In this document: one piece after another, positions 46,528 to 56,978 of the stretch
Layout of the letters: the number at the start of each line of letters is the position of its first letter
How positions within the stretch are numbered: the stretch's first letter is position 1
Origin: an uncultured Thermoleophilia bacterium
Lineage (GTDB): Bacteria > Actinomycetota > Thermoleophilia > UBA2241
Reading direction: 5' to 3'
Length of the DNA stretch: 64,000 nt
NCBI GenBank assembly: GCA_963705085.1
Contig: CAVPIV010000003.1
Coordinates: forward strand, 343,729-407,728
Position numbers and translations under genes: made by a program
Notes under the pieces: model-generated
Seen by the model: the letters and a program-made list of their open reading frames with translations, nothing else
What the model was told of the DNA's origin: nothing
The model's database searches: none

Positions 46528-47964
46528 GTGAGACTCCCCTACGACGACATCCATCTCATCGCCGACCCGCTCTACGGCTATTTGCGGATCACGCTGTCGC
46601 GGGCCGGCGAGATCGCCGAAGCGGACGTCATCGACAACCCCTGGGTGCAGCGTCTCAAGCGCATTCACCAATTGCAGAGCTCGTGGTGGGTCTTCCCCGC
46701 TGCCGAGCACAGCCGCTTCGCTCACAGCATCGGCACCATGCACCTGGCTGGCCTGCTGGCCCGGCAGGTGTACGAGACCCTGGCCGAGGTCGAGCCGGAC
46801 ACACCGTCACTGCCGCTGATGGAGGAGACGTTGCGCCTGGCCGGCCTCCTGCACGACCTCGGCCACGGACCCTTCAGCCACTTCTGCGACGAGGAGTACC
46901 TCCAGCCCGTCTTCGGCCTCGACCACGAGCAGGTCTCGCAGTACCTCATCGTCAACGAGCTCGGCGATCTCATCCGCGAGCTCGGCCGCAGCCCGTCGGG
47001 GCCGTTCGCGCCGGGGGAGGCGGTCGATCCGTGGCACGTGGCCTTCCTCGTCCGTGCCGAGGAGGACGGGGTGCGGGCGGACGGCATGCGGGCCGACGCG
47101 CGCGGCGGCGACGCCGCCAGCCCGATCCCGCGCTGGGTGCGCCTCCTGCACCGCGCTCTCTCCGGCGCCGTGACGGTCGACAACATGGACTACGTGCGGC
47201 GCGACGCCTACATGTGCGGGGTGTCCATCGGCCCGGTCGACGTCAACCGTCTCATCTACTACACCTTCTGCACGGACGAGGGCCTGACGTTCCACAAGCG
47301 CGCCCTGAGCACGCTGCGCGCCTTCCTCAACGCCCGCTTCTACATGTACGAGAACGTCTACTTCCACCGCGTCGGGCACGCGATCGACCTGCACCTGCGC
47401 GAGATCTTCCGGCCCACGCTGGAGCTCGTGCTGCCGGAGAGCCCGCTGGAGAATCCGGCTGCCTACCGGCGGCTCAGCGAGTGGTCCCTGTTCAGCACTG
47501 TCGAAGACTGGCTCGACGAGCCGCTGGCCGGCGCCCGCCGCGGGCTGGCCGAGCAGTGGCAGGCGATCATCCACCGTCACGTCAAGTACAGCATGGTGTA
47601 CGAACACCACGTCGAGCGGCAGCAGCCGCTGCCGGCGGCGCGGGACCTGACGAAGGAGGAGTTCCGCGCCGCGATCGTCCAGCGGCTGCCGGCCGGGCTC
47701 AAGGACATCGAGTTCGTGGTTGATATCGCTTCGCAGGATCCCCGGCCGCTCAATCCCCTCATGGGCCCGAAGCGCATCGCCGTCTACGATCCCGTGAGCC
47801 AGCAGATCGAGGAGCAGCTGCTCAGCGGCATCCTCGAGTTCGTACCGGCCAAGGCGCACCTCTACCGCGTCTTCGCCGTGGGCCGCGAGCACGAGCGCGA
47901 GCTCAACTTCGCGGCTCGCGCGGCCCTCGAGCAGTCGGCGCCGCAGAGCCTCGTCAACCTGTAG
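46528..47964 (+). CDS. HD-domain protein, dGTPase/SAMHD1-like
   Basis: RFAHSIGTMHLAGLLA...LLHDLGHGPFSH...VDNMDYVRRDAYMCGV. Start assumed at GTG 46528. Confidence 0.7.
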   Translation: MRLPYDDIHLIADPLYGYLRITLSRAGEIAEADVIDNPWVQRLKRIHQLQSSWWVFPAAEHSRFAHSIGTMHLAGLLARQVYETLAEVEPDTPSLPLMEETLRLAGLLHDLGHGPFSHFCDEEYLQPVFGLDHEQVSQYLIVNELGDLIRELGRSPSGPFAPGEAVDPWHVAFLVRAEEDGVRADGMRADARGGDAASPIPRWVRLLHRALSGAVTVDNMDYVRRDAYMCGVSIGPVDVNRLIYYTFCTDEGLTFHKRALSTLRAFLNARFYMYENVYFHRVGHAIDLHLREIFRPTLELVLPESPLENPAAYRRLSEWSLFSTVEDWLDEPLAGARRGLAEQWQAIIHRHVKYSMVYEHHVERQQPLPAARDLTKEEFRAAIVQRLPAGLKDIEFVVDIASQDPRPLNPLMGPKRIAVYDPVSQQIEEQLLSGILEFVPAKAHLYRVFAVGREHERELNFAARAALEQSAPQSLVNL

Positions 47965-48034
47965 GGCGGCGGCCTGCGGTACCGCCCTGCCGGCGTGCGG
48001 CGACCGGCGGTCATCGGGTACCGTTGCAGGCACG

Positions 48035-48394
48035 ATGAGCACTGAGGGGCTACCGCCACACCTCGAGCGCGAAGACAGGACGATCGCCGTGATGATCGCC
48101 ATGTACTGCCGCGATCATCATGGAGAGGCGGAGCGCGACGCCGCCGGGCTCTGCCCAGAGTGCGCCGCGCTCCGCGCCTACGCCCGTCGCCGCCTCGAGG
48201 TGTGCCGCTACGGCGCCGAGAAGCCGACCTGCGTGAAGTGCCCGACGCACTGCTATCGGCCGGAGATGCGGGAGCGCGTGCGCGTGGTCATGCGCTACAG
48301 CGGACCGCGCATGCTCAAGACGCATCCGGTCCTGGCGGTGCGGCATCTCATCGACGGCCGCCGCAAGGTTCCCGGAGCGCCCGCGAAGGGGTGA
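48035..48394 (+). CDS. Cys-rich small protein (nitrous-oxide-stimulated-promoter family-like)
   Basis: 119 aa with CPEC...C...CVKCPTHC motifs. Confidence 0.4.
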   Translation: MSTEGLPPHLEREDRTIAVMIAMYCRDHHGEAERDAAGLCPECAALRAYARRRLEVCRYGAEKPTCVKCPTHCYRPEMRERVRVVMRYSGPRMLKTHPVLAVRHLIDGRRKVPGAPAKG

Positions 48395-48431
48395 CGGGAG
48401 CCGCGCAGCACTCCGGGCTGGCCGCTCTCCC

Positions 48432-49889
48432 TTAGAGTACTTCCGAGAGGAGCCGGGCCGCCTGATTGCGGAAGCGCCGCAGGCGGCCCATCCCCCGGAT
48501 GTCGTCGAGCGTGATCTCCCGGCAGTGCTCGAGATCGACGAGGAACGAGTCCCGGACCTGCTGCGCGAACATCTTGTCGAAGACCCAGAGCATGAGCTCC
48601 TTGTGCAGTTTGAGGCTGCGGTTGTCCATGTTCATCGTGCCGACCGCGGCGAGGTTCCCGTCGACGACGATCGTCTTGGGGTGGAAGAAGCCGGCCGTGT
48701 AGAGGTGAACGTGGGCGCCGGCCTCGATGAGCCTGCGGAAGTAGGTGTGCGCCGCCCAGAACGGCATCCGTCTGTCGGCCACTCCAGTCATCATCAGGCG
48801 CACCTCGATACCGGAGAGGGCGGCGTTGATGAGCTCGTCGTAGATGCTGTAGTCGGGAACGAAGTAGGGCGACTGGATGAAGACGGCGCGCTCGGCCTGG
48901 GCGATGGCCACGAGGTGGGCGCGGCGCGCCATGTCCCAGTAGTCCTCGACGCCTTGTGAGGCGATCTCGACGAGGATCCCCTCTTCGATGCAGCAGGCGT
49001 CGGGGGCCGGCATGTACCGCGCGTCGAACACACTCTCGGGCAGGCGGCTGTACTCGTACCAGCGTGAGGCGAACAGCTTCTGGAGGTCGGCGACGGCCTG
49101 CCCGGTGATGCGCACGTGGCTGTCGCGCCACGTGGCGAACCGCGGGCCGCCGTCGATGTACTCCTGGCCCATGTTCATGCCGCCGGTGTAGCCCACCTCG
49201 CCGTCGATGACGGCGATCTTGCGGTGGTTGCGGTAGTTGGCGCGCAGGACGTCGGCCAGGTCGGCGTGGACGTGGGCTCCGGCGCCGGCGAGCCGCTTCA
49301 GCTCGCGCTTGCCGAATCTGATGGAGCCGATCCAGTCGTAGGTGATGCGGACCTCGACGCCGGCCTTCAGGCGCTCATGGAGGATGGCCGTGATCTCGGC
49401 CGTGAGCTCGTCCTGCTCCCAGATGAAGTACTGCAAGTGGATGAACCGGCGGGCATTGCGAAGGTCCCTCTTGAGGCTGGCGAACTTGTCGGCGCCGGTC
49501 ACGAACAGCTCGATGGAGCTGGCCGGGAGGACCTGGGCGACCTCCTTGGCGCTGATGGCGCGCTGCACCTTGTCGGCGGTCGTTCCGCGCCACTCGCGCC
49601 GGAAGCGTTCTGCGGCGGGCCGGTTGCGCTCGTACAGAGGCGCCATTCCCTCGACTCGCTGGGCGTGGAGCGCCTGCGTCCACCCTTTGCGCTTGGCGAC
49701 CACTCGCCAGTCCCGGCCCATGAGTATGTAGAGCAGCACGCCCAGGAACGGCAAGAAGATGAGGACGAGCAGCCAGGCGAGGGTGAGCGACGGCTCGCGT
49801 TCGTCGCCGATCATCAGCACGATCAGGACCATCAAGTAGACGACGAACGCGATGAGGAAGAAGTAGGCGGAGATGTGCATGGTGAACAT
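48432..49889 (-). CDS. cls: Cardiolipin synthase
   Basis: 485 aa; 2 N-terminal TM; two HKD motifs (HRKIAVIDGEVGYTGGMN..., HPKTIVVDG...GTMNMD). Confidence 0.88.
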   Translation of the reverse strand: MFTMHISAYFFLIAFVVYLMVLIVLMIGDEREPSLTLAWLLVLIFLPFLGVLLYILMGRDWRVVAKRKGWTQALHAQRVEGMAPLYERNRPAAERFRREWRGTTADKVQRAISAKEVAQVLPASSIELFVTGADKFASLKRDLRNARRFIHLQYFIWEQDELTAEITAILHERLKAGVEVRITYDWIGSIRFGKRELKRLAGAGAHVHADLADVLRANYRNHRKIAVIDGEVGYTGGMNMGQEYIDGGPRFATWRDSHVRITGQAVADLQKLFASRWYEYSRLPESVFDARYMPAPDACCIEEGILVEIASQGVEDYWDMARRAHLVAIAQAERAVFIQSPYFVPDYSIYDELINAALSGIEVRLMMTGVADRRMPFWAAHTYFRRLIEAGAHVHLYTAGFFHPKTIVVDGNLAAVGTMNMDNRSLKLHKELMLWVFDKMFAQQVRDSFLVDLEHCREITLDDIRGMGRLRRFRNQAARLLSEVL

Positions 49890-50028
49890 TCACGCTACCC
49901 GAGAGCCGGTGGCTTGTCCACGCGGGCACAAGAGGACGGTGTGACCGTGTGACCCGGTGGGTAGACCTGATTCAGCGCCGCATGCCATTGTTGCGATGGC
50001 AAGAATCACTCGGATGGAAGGCGTACCC

Positions 50029-50304
50029 ATGATCGGTGCTCTCATCCTCGGACTTCTGGCTGGCGCGCTGGCCCGGTACCTCATTCGCGGCGACATCTTC
50101 GAGAGCATGAGCGGCCCGTTGAGCTGGCTGTTCACGCTGGTGGTCGGGCTCGTGGGCGCCTGGGTCGGCTGGTGGCTGTTCACCGGTTTCCTGGGGATCG
50201 GCGACTCGGACATGTTCGACCTCGGCGGCATCATCGGCGCCGTGATCGGCGCCGTCATCCTGCTGCTCGGGCTGGGGTGGCTGCTGCGCCGGCGGCGGGC
50301 CTGA
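50029..50304 (+). CDS. GlsB/YeaQ/YmgE-family (transglycosylase-associated) stress membrane protein
   Basis: MIGALILGLLAGALARYL...; about 91 aa, 3 TM. Confidence 0.7.
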   Translation: MIGALILGLLAGALARYLIRGDIFESMSGPLSWLFTLVVGLVGAWVGWWLFTGFLGIGDSDMFDLGGIIGAVIGAVILLLGLGWLLRRRRA

Positions 50305-50343
50305 CGGCGATCGCCGCCGGCAGCCGACGTTCGGCAGTCCAGC

Positions 50344-52606
50344 GTGAAACGACGGCGCGATCGGAGGTATCCCGTGAACCTGTCGGCGCGGCATCTGACG
50401 GCCCTGTTCGTCGTCTGCGTACTGGGCACGGTACTGCTCATGGCCCCGGCCGCGAGTGCGTCGGGCACGCTCAACGAGACGCCGGACGAAGGCATGCCCT
50501 ACATCAACGGGCCGGTCAGAGCGATCGCCATCGGCCCCGACGGCACCACCTACATCGGCGGGTCCTTCACCTACATCGGTCCCGAGACGGGCGCGGGAGT
50601 GGTCGTCGACCCGGTCACCGCGCGCAGGTACACGCGCTTCGCGCAGGTCACACCCGACTCCGGCGGGGGCGTCTCGACCGTCATCTCCGACGGTCACGGC
50701 GGCTTCTACTTCGCCGGGTCGTTCTACATAGGCGGGCAGTGGCGTGTTCTTGCGCACCTGCGCGCGGACGGATCGATAGATGCCGGTTTCCGCCCGCGCG
50801 TGTACGACGTGAGCTGCCTCGCTCTCTCCGGCAACACCCTCTTCGTCGGCGGGCACTTCACCTCGGTCGACGGCCGCGCCCGCTACCACCTGGTGGCGCT
50901 CGACGCGGCCACCGGGGGAGTGAAGAGGTGGAATGCGCACCTGAACGGGGGAAGGGTCAGCTGCCTCGCCCTCTCCGGCAGGACCCTCTTCGTCGGCGGC
51001 TCCTTCAACGCCTCCATCGGCGGCCGATCTCGCCGGGCCCTCGCCGCCTTTGATGTGGGTACGGGGCGCCTGCTTCCGTGGGACGCAGCGCTCGCGGCGG
51101 GCTCCGACGTGCGCACGCTCGCCGTGTCCGGCTCGAGGCTCTACGTCGGGGGGGCCTCCTCGACCACAAATGCCCATCCACTCCTCATGGCGACGGACGT
51201 CCGCAGCGGGGCCACGCTCGACTGGGATCCGTTCGGGGAATCCGGCCGAACGCAGTTCGGCACGGTGGAGACCATGGCGGTGTCCGATTCCACGGTCTAC
51301 GTCGGTGGCTCCTTCACCTCGATCGGCGGTCAGGCGCGGGGCAGTCTCGCCGCCGTCGACGCGAGCACCGGGCTCGTCACTCCCTGGGATCCGAGCGCAC
51401 TGGCCCGTATCGAGTCCCTCGTCGTCCTCGGGCGGACGCGTGTACGTGGCCGGCTCCTTCGACTCGATCGGGGGGCAGGCCCGGAACGGCGCCGCCGCGC
51501 TGGACGCGACCACCGGCCTGGCCACGGCGTGGGATGTCGGCGACCCCATGTCGACCTGGCTGCACCGTCCCCCATACGATTCCACGTACGCCGGGGACGG
51601 GTATGTCTACGTCGTCGCCCGATCGGACTCGAGGATCTACGTAGGGGGCAGCTTTGCGTTCATCTGCGGCAGCAGGCGGAGCAACCTCGCGGCCATCGGT
51701 TCGGACGGGAGCCTTGCCGACTGGAATCCCTCGGCCGGCCGGGGCGTGCGCGCGCTCGCCGTCTCCGGCCAAACCGTCTACGCGGGCGGGACCTTCCGCC
51801 ATGTGGCCGGGCAGCGGCGCGACTACATCGCCGCATTGGACGCGGTCAGCGGCCAGCCGCTTCCGTGGAACCCTCGAGCCGATGACGCGGTGAATGCGCT
51901 CGCCGTCTCTGGGTCCACGGTCTATGCCGGCGGCCTCTTCACGAGGATCGGTGGCAGCCGGCGCGACTTCCTCGCGGCACTCGGCGCCGACGGGGCGGCG
52001 ACGTCGTGGAACCCGGGGGCGGTCAGCACAGCGGCTCGCTCGGAACGCGGCGTCCGCGCCCTGGCCGTGTCGTCGACCTGCGTCTACGCCGGCGGCGCGT
52101 TCACGGCGCTGGGCGGCGAGCGGCGCAACAACATCGCGGCGATCGACGCGGCAAGCGGCTTGGCGACCGCCTGGAACCCCGGGGCCGACAAGGTCGTCTG
52201 GGCGCTCGCCCTGTCCGGATCGAGGCTCTACGTCGGCGGCTCGTTCGCCCGACTCGGCGGCAAGGCTCGCAGCCGGCTCGGCGTTGTGGACGTCGACCGA
52301 GGGACGACGCTGCCCTGGAATCCACGCGCCGGCGGGTCTGAGGCGGATGTGCGCTCCCTCGCCGTCCTCGACCAAACGCTCTACGCGGGTGGGTGGTTCA
52401 CCTCGATGGGAGGCTGCCGTCGGGTTCACCTGGCCGCAGTGAGCGCCGGCAGCGGCGTCGTCACGCCGTGGCGGACGTCGTGGGCCATCGGGCGCATCGA
52501 CGCCCTCGCGGTGAGCGGCGGCGGCCTGTGGGCGGGCGAGACCCTGCGGACCGGGGCGTCCAACCCCAAGCCGTACCTGGCACGGTTCTCCCAGGCCGGT
52601 CCATGA
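50344..52606 (+). CDS. Secreted delta-60-repeat (DUF5122-like beta-propeller) protein; one apparent 1-nt frameshift near 51430
   Basis: Signal peptide LTALFVVCVLGTVLLMAPAASA. About 14 repeats of about 45 aa ([VL]YVGGSFTSIGGQAR..LAA[VL]DA.TG....W[ND]P). The reading frame changes at ctcGGGcgg (extra G). Confidence 0.7.
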
Positions 52607-52662
52607 CCTGGCCCTGATTCGATCTGCCCCGTCGGCAGCCATTCCGCAAACCAGATGCCCCC

Positions 52663-52863
52663 TTGCTCGACAGGCTCAGACGGGCCCGTGCGGATCAACT
52701 TGTGATCGTCGACCAGATTGAAAGTGAGCAGGCGCTGGTTGATGGCAACAGGGATGTCATCTCTCGCTTCGAGAAGAAGTTACAGGCCAGTTTGAGTCGC
52801 ATCTGGGATGGGAGCCAGGCAACCCTCGGCTCCGATGGCCAAGACGAACCGCACGGGACATGA
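52663..52863 (+). pseudogene. Possible type I R-M specificity subunit (HsdS) C-terminal fragment, lower GC
   Basis: 66 aa; LDRLRRARADQLVIVDQIESEQALVDGNRDVISRFEKKLQASL (coiled-coil-like). About 50% GC; flanked by a QP[FI]R[KN]PD-encoding direct repeat. Confidence 0.3.
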
Positions 52864-52973
52864 CTTAGACGGGGCTGACGACTCCTGGATCTTCACAGTC
52901 TCTACGACGGTCCGCAGCCAATCCGCAACCCAGATACCCGTGCCTTGATGGGTCCGGCGGGTCTCCCTGAGTT

Positions 52974-53027
52974 CGCGCGGTGTACTGAACCCCCTCGTGG
53001 TCCGCTAGCTCAGTTGAGAAGGCCGCC
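52974..53027 (+). repeat. Degenerate copy of the tRNA-Ala 5' half plus about 25 bp of upstream flank (direct repeat of 54706..54760)
   Basis: gcgcggtGtactgaACcccctcgtggTccgctagctcagttgAgaAGgCccgcc vs gcgcggtAtactgaGTcccctcgtggGccgctagctcagttgGgaGAgCGccgcc. Confidence 0.7.
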
Positions 53028-54448
53028 TAGAGACGGGTGAAGCACCGGGGTGCGCTCTGCCCGACGACCGTCGCCACCGTCACCTTGACTTGCCCTTTGG
53101 CTGTGCCGCTGGGGACCCTCACCTTGATCTTGAAGGAGTCCCAGCTGAGGTAGTCGGTCACGGTCTTGCCGCCGAACTGGACGACGCCTCCTGGCCGAAG
53201 CGCCTTCCCGTCAGCGTGACGACGTCGCCGACGCGGCCCTGCGCGGGCGACACGCCGGTCAGCCGGGCAAGACGCCCGTTCATCCACACACTCAGGCTCC
53301 TGGTCTCCACGTCCGTCGTCGCCAGGTCCGGCCTACGGTCGCCATTGAGGTCGGCCACGATCACCTCCCCGGGGAGTCGGCCCGCGAGGAACGACGTCGG
53401 TTCCAGGAACACGCCGTCGTAGCATATGGCTGAGCATGATGTAGATGCGCGGCGGCCCCGGCGGCACGGTCACCCAGTGCCCGTTGGAGCCGGTCATGTA
53501 GCCCGGCCTATAGCCAGTCGTGACCACGTCGGCGCGACCGTCCTGGTTCAGTTCGCCGACGGCGAGTCCCGAGGCGCTCAAGTTGCGGCTGAACATCGTC
53601 CTGCAGGTAGGGACGAGGATGCCCATGCCGTCGCCGAGGAACGCGTTGACGTCAGCGTCGCCCTCCAGATGGCCGGCGGTGACGAGGTCCGGCCGGCGGT
53701 CGCCGTTCAGGTCGCACAGCGCTAGATCGCCGGGCTCGAGGACCGTGCCGTACGAGGCGAGAGGGGAGAAGCCTCCCGCGCCGTCCCCGAGCAGCACTCC
53801 GAAACCGGAGTACTCCTCCCATGAGTTCCTCGTGAACGCGAGGTCGAGTGTGCCGTCGAGATCGAGATCGCCGGCGACGATGCGCCGGCAACCTTCTCCG
53901 ACGGCCAGGTGCAGTGGGGAGAGGAGACCGCCCGCGCCGTCGCCTGCGAGGATGCTCAGGCCGTCGCCGTCCGCCGTTGCCACATCGGGGACACCGTCGC
54001 CGGTGAGATCCCCGACCGCGACGTCGCTCGGGGTCGCTCCCGTCGGGAAGGTGCCCTTGAGCACGAAGGCGCCGCTGCCGTCACCCAGCAGGACGCTGAC
54101 GGTGCCGTCGCCGCTCGCCGTGACGACGTCCACCGTGCCGTCGCGATCGAAGTCCGTCAGGACGATGGCCCCGGGCCGGTGCTCCAGGGGGATACGGGTC
54201 GCCGGCGCGAAGCGACCCAGCCCGCGGCCGAGGAGGATGTCTACTCCGCGGCCTGCGCTCGCGACGATATCCGGCAGGCCGTCCCCGTTGAGATCTGCGG
54301 TCGCCAGGTCGGCGGGCCTCCCCCCCAGCCCGTAGTGTACGGGCGGGGCGAAGGAGAGCGCGGCGGCGGGTGCGGCCAAGGCCAGGGGCAGCGCGGAGAC
54401 GAGGCAGACGCCCACGACGAGCCACAGCAGGAACCTCTGCGTGCGCAT
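53027..54448 (-). pseudogene. Secreted FG-GAP/VCBS-repeat protein with C-terminal IPT/TIG-like domain; about 2 frameshifts
   Basis: Start MRTQRFLLWLVVGVCLVSALPLALAAP (signal peptide) at 54448, GGAAGGTGA RBS. FG-GAP repeats (DLNGDGLPDIV, DFDRDGTVDVV, DLTGDGVPDVA, DLDLDGTLDLA, DLNGDRRPDLV). C-terminal segments continue in two other frames (VADLNGDRRPDLATTD...; VQFGGKTVTDYLSWDSFKIKVRVPSGTAKGQVKVTV). Confidence 0.6.
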
Positions 54449-54730
54449 CGCATCACCTTCCCGCTCCGCGACCGGAAGAACACGGACTCCAGACGAGCCG
54501 CCTGTCGTGCCGCCTACCGAGAGCATACCCCCTGACTCCTTCGCACGGTCGTTGTCCGCTCTGGTGAACAGCTCTGAGCACGTGTCCGGGGCGTGTTGCC
54601 TGGGCCGTGACGCCCAGCCGTCATGCACCAGATTGCATGCTACTGACGGAGTCGGGCTCGCGCACCGGTAGCTTTGACCGGCCCCCATTCATTGGTTCAC
54701 CACCGCGCGCGGTATACTGAGTCCCCTCGT

Positions 54731-54806
54731 GGGCCGCTAGCTCAGTTGGGAGAGCGCCGCCTTTGCACGGCGGAGGTCAGGGGTTCGACTCCCCTGCGGT
54801 CCACCA
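54731..54806 (+). tRNA. tRNA-Ala (anticodon UGC), G3:U70, CCA encoded
   Basis: GGGCCGCTAGCTCAGTTGGGAGAGCGCCGCCTTTGCACGGCGGAGGTCAGGGGTTCGACTCCCCTGCGGTCCACCA; canonical cloverleaf; anticodon loop CTTTGCA. Confidence 0.9.
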
Positions 54807-54904
54807 GCCTCTTCTACGCTCAGATGCAGGGGTTTTGCGTGCCGTGAGAGCCGCGACGAAGCCCTCGAAATGGCCTCGTGCAAACACACGGCTAACGAAC
54901 GGGG
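54767..54904 (+). repeat. Direct repeat copy 1: tRNA-Ala 3' half (from anticodon stem) plus about 98 bp downstream
   Basis: Matches 60491..60625 at about 85-90% identity (cggcggaggtcaggggttcgactCccctgcggtccaccagcctctTctacGctcagatgcaggg...gccctcgaaatgg...ggctaacgaacggg). Confidence 0.8.
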
Positions 54905-55091
54905 TGTCACGCGGAGGGACTCCCCGGCACTACGGTCGGCGCGGCGGCCTCGCTGTGCCTACCGGCGTCACCGTGTTGCGGGCTCGTGATTCGACGATGG
55001 CGCTGACGGACACTACCGGTTCACAACTCTCGCGCAGGGCAACTGCCCTCTTTCGGACAATGAGCCAGCGGCAGTGGTCTGAAATACGCGC

Positions 55092-56204
55092 CTACTGTCC
55101 GCCGTGGAGATGGTGCGCGAAGTAGGTCTCTTCGAAGGACCCGGGCTCCTCGTAGTGCTCGACGACCTCGTCCCCCTGATAGCGGTCCAGCCTGACAGGG
55201 CCTGAGAAGCGAAGGTATCCGCCCGGATACCTGATCATCTCGGCGACCAGCTTCTTCACCCCTGACGTGAAGTCGATGAGTGTCTGACTGACGAGCGTGC
55301 GCTCACGCGTGAAGGACAGGACGTAGCGCGTGTCCCCGTCGCGGTACTCGAAGCGCAGGGTATCGGGGACGGGCTTGCCGGTGTGCTCGTCAGTCTCGCT
55401 CTCGCTCTTGGCGAAGGTCACCTTGGTGCCATCGTCCGCGATCACCTTGCCGTCGCGGGCGAGCATGTACCAGGGGATCGTGGTGAAGCCGTACTTCTTC
55501 GCGGCCGTGATGTAGGCCGCGACGAACGAGTAGGGACCCACGCGCCCTCGTCCCCAATACCAGTGGTCGATCAGGTGCGCCATGTCGCAGTAGGCCCGGT
55601 TGACCCAGTTGTGGTCGTGATACCCCATGCCCGTGCTCTCGTGGACCTCGGAGCCGATCCGGTAGGTCGCCGTCACCTTGCCCATGGGTACCGCCACCAG
55701 CCAGGCGAGGAACTCCTCCCCCTCAGCGCCGAAGACGAGGTGCCCCGTCTCCGGGCGCCACGGCTCCGTGGTCGCCTCGAGGCGGACCTCGGCCGAGACG
55801 TCTTCGGCCGCGGCCGTGATGTGATACTCGTGCAGGTCGCCGACGAAACGGTACTCCCCGATGCGCGTGTCGCAGCCGTCCGCGGCGGCCTCGAACTCGT
55901 CGGCCTTGAACTTGCCGTACTTCATCAGTCTGCGCCCGTCGGGCAGGTCCAGGTCGATCTCGATGAGCGGCTCCAGGGGCTGCTTGGAGCTGGAGCCGTC
56001 CTTGGTGCAGAAGATGATGGCCAGTTTGGCGCCGTCGTCCAGCAGCGAGTCGAAGTACCACCACTCCTCGCTCGGCGGGGCGGGATCGAGACGCAGGCCA
56101 TCCTCTCGCTGCTGGATATCACCCTTGGCTATCTTGAAGCGCGCGTAGTCCTCGGGGCGGATAGCCAGGCGGGCCGGTTCGGCGTGGTCGTGAGCGGGGT
56201 GCAT
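55092..56204 (-). CDS. AttH/CrtC-like (hydroxyneurosporene synthase / lipocalin-like hydratase family) protein
   Basis: Start taken at MHPAHDHAEP (longer ORF to 56252 possible). WWYFDSLLDDGAKLAIIF, GYHDHNWVNRAY, WYWGRGRVGPYSFV. Family assignment is from motif memory only. Confidence 0.45.
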   Translation of the reverse strand: MHPAHDHAEPARLAIRPEDYARFKIAKGDIQQREDGLRLDPAPPSEEWWYFDSLLDDGAKLAIIFCTKDGSSSKQPLEPLIEIDLDLPDGRRLMKYGKFKADEFEAAADGCDTRIGEYRFVGDLHEYHITAAAEDVSAEVRLEATTEPWRPETGHLVFGAEGEEFLAWLVAVPMGKVTATYRIGSEVHESTGMGYHDHNWVNRAYCDMAHLIDHWYWGRGRVGPYSFVAAYITAAKKYGFTTIPWYMLARDGKVIADDGTKVTFAKSESETDEHTGKPVPDTLRFEYRDGDTRYVLSFTRERTLVSQTLIDFTSGVKKLVAEMIRYPGGYLRFSGPVRLDRYQGDEVVEHYEEPGSFEETYFAHHLHGGQ

Positions 56205-56978
56205 GGTCCTCCTCCTTCTCCTGCATCGCAGGTTCGATTTCAGCCGGGGCAATCAGTCCTCTGCTGCTCAGGGCGACTTTCGTGACCTGGCGCTCACAGG
56301 CCCGAGTTTCCGCAGCCAGTGTGAGCCCGGCGCCGATCTATTCGCGCAGGCGTGCTGCTTGGTCTTGATCTTGAGCAGGTCGAGCGACTCGAGCCATCGG
56401 ATGCCAGGCGACGGGAGGTGACGTGCTCAGCCCTCAGCGCGCTGCCGTGCACGGACATGGCGAATATCATGACCCCTCCGAAGGCCGCCGGTCACCATTC
56501 TTCCCACGGCGGTGCGAGTCGAAATGCGCCTCCGTTGGTCGGCAGGCTACGCTCACGCGGTCGCCGAGGGTGCGCGACAGCGCTCCGCCGGTGGCGGATC
56601 GACCTGGGCCGTAGGCCGACCGGCCTTCGTACCTCCCAGCCGACGCGATGCCGACGAGACGCCTCATCCGGCGTGATACGGCCGGGCACAGCCCAGCAGG
56701 GTGGGCGCGCGAAACCTCGGAGGACGCAGCACTTTCGCGCACGCGGGACTACGCCGCGTTACGCCTAGTATCCGACTGGATTGGGTCCGCCCGAGAGCCC
56801 AATCCCCTCCGTCACCCCTCAGGTGATAGCGTCACATCTAGCGATTGGCCCGTACGGGGACAGTCCGAGGATGGAGGGCTGGTGTTCGCCTTCATGGGCG
56901 AGCGGGTGGGGCAATGTGCTCACCTCGCAGGCGCTGCGCCGGACGCTCTCGACCCGCGTCGACAGAGAGGAGTGAACC

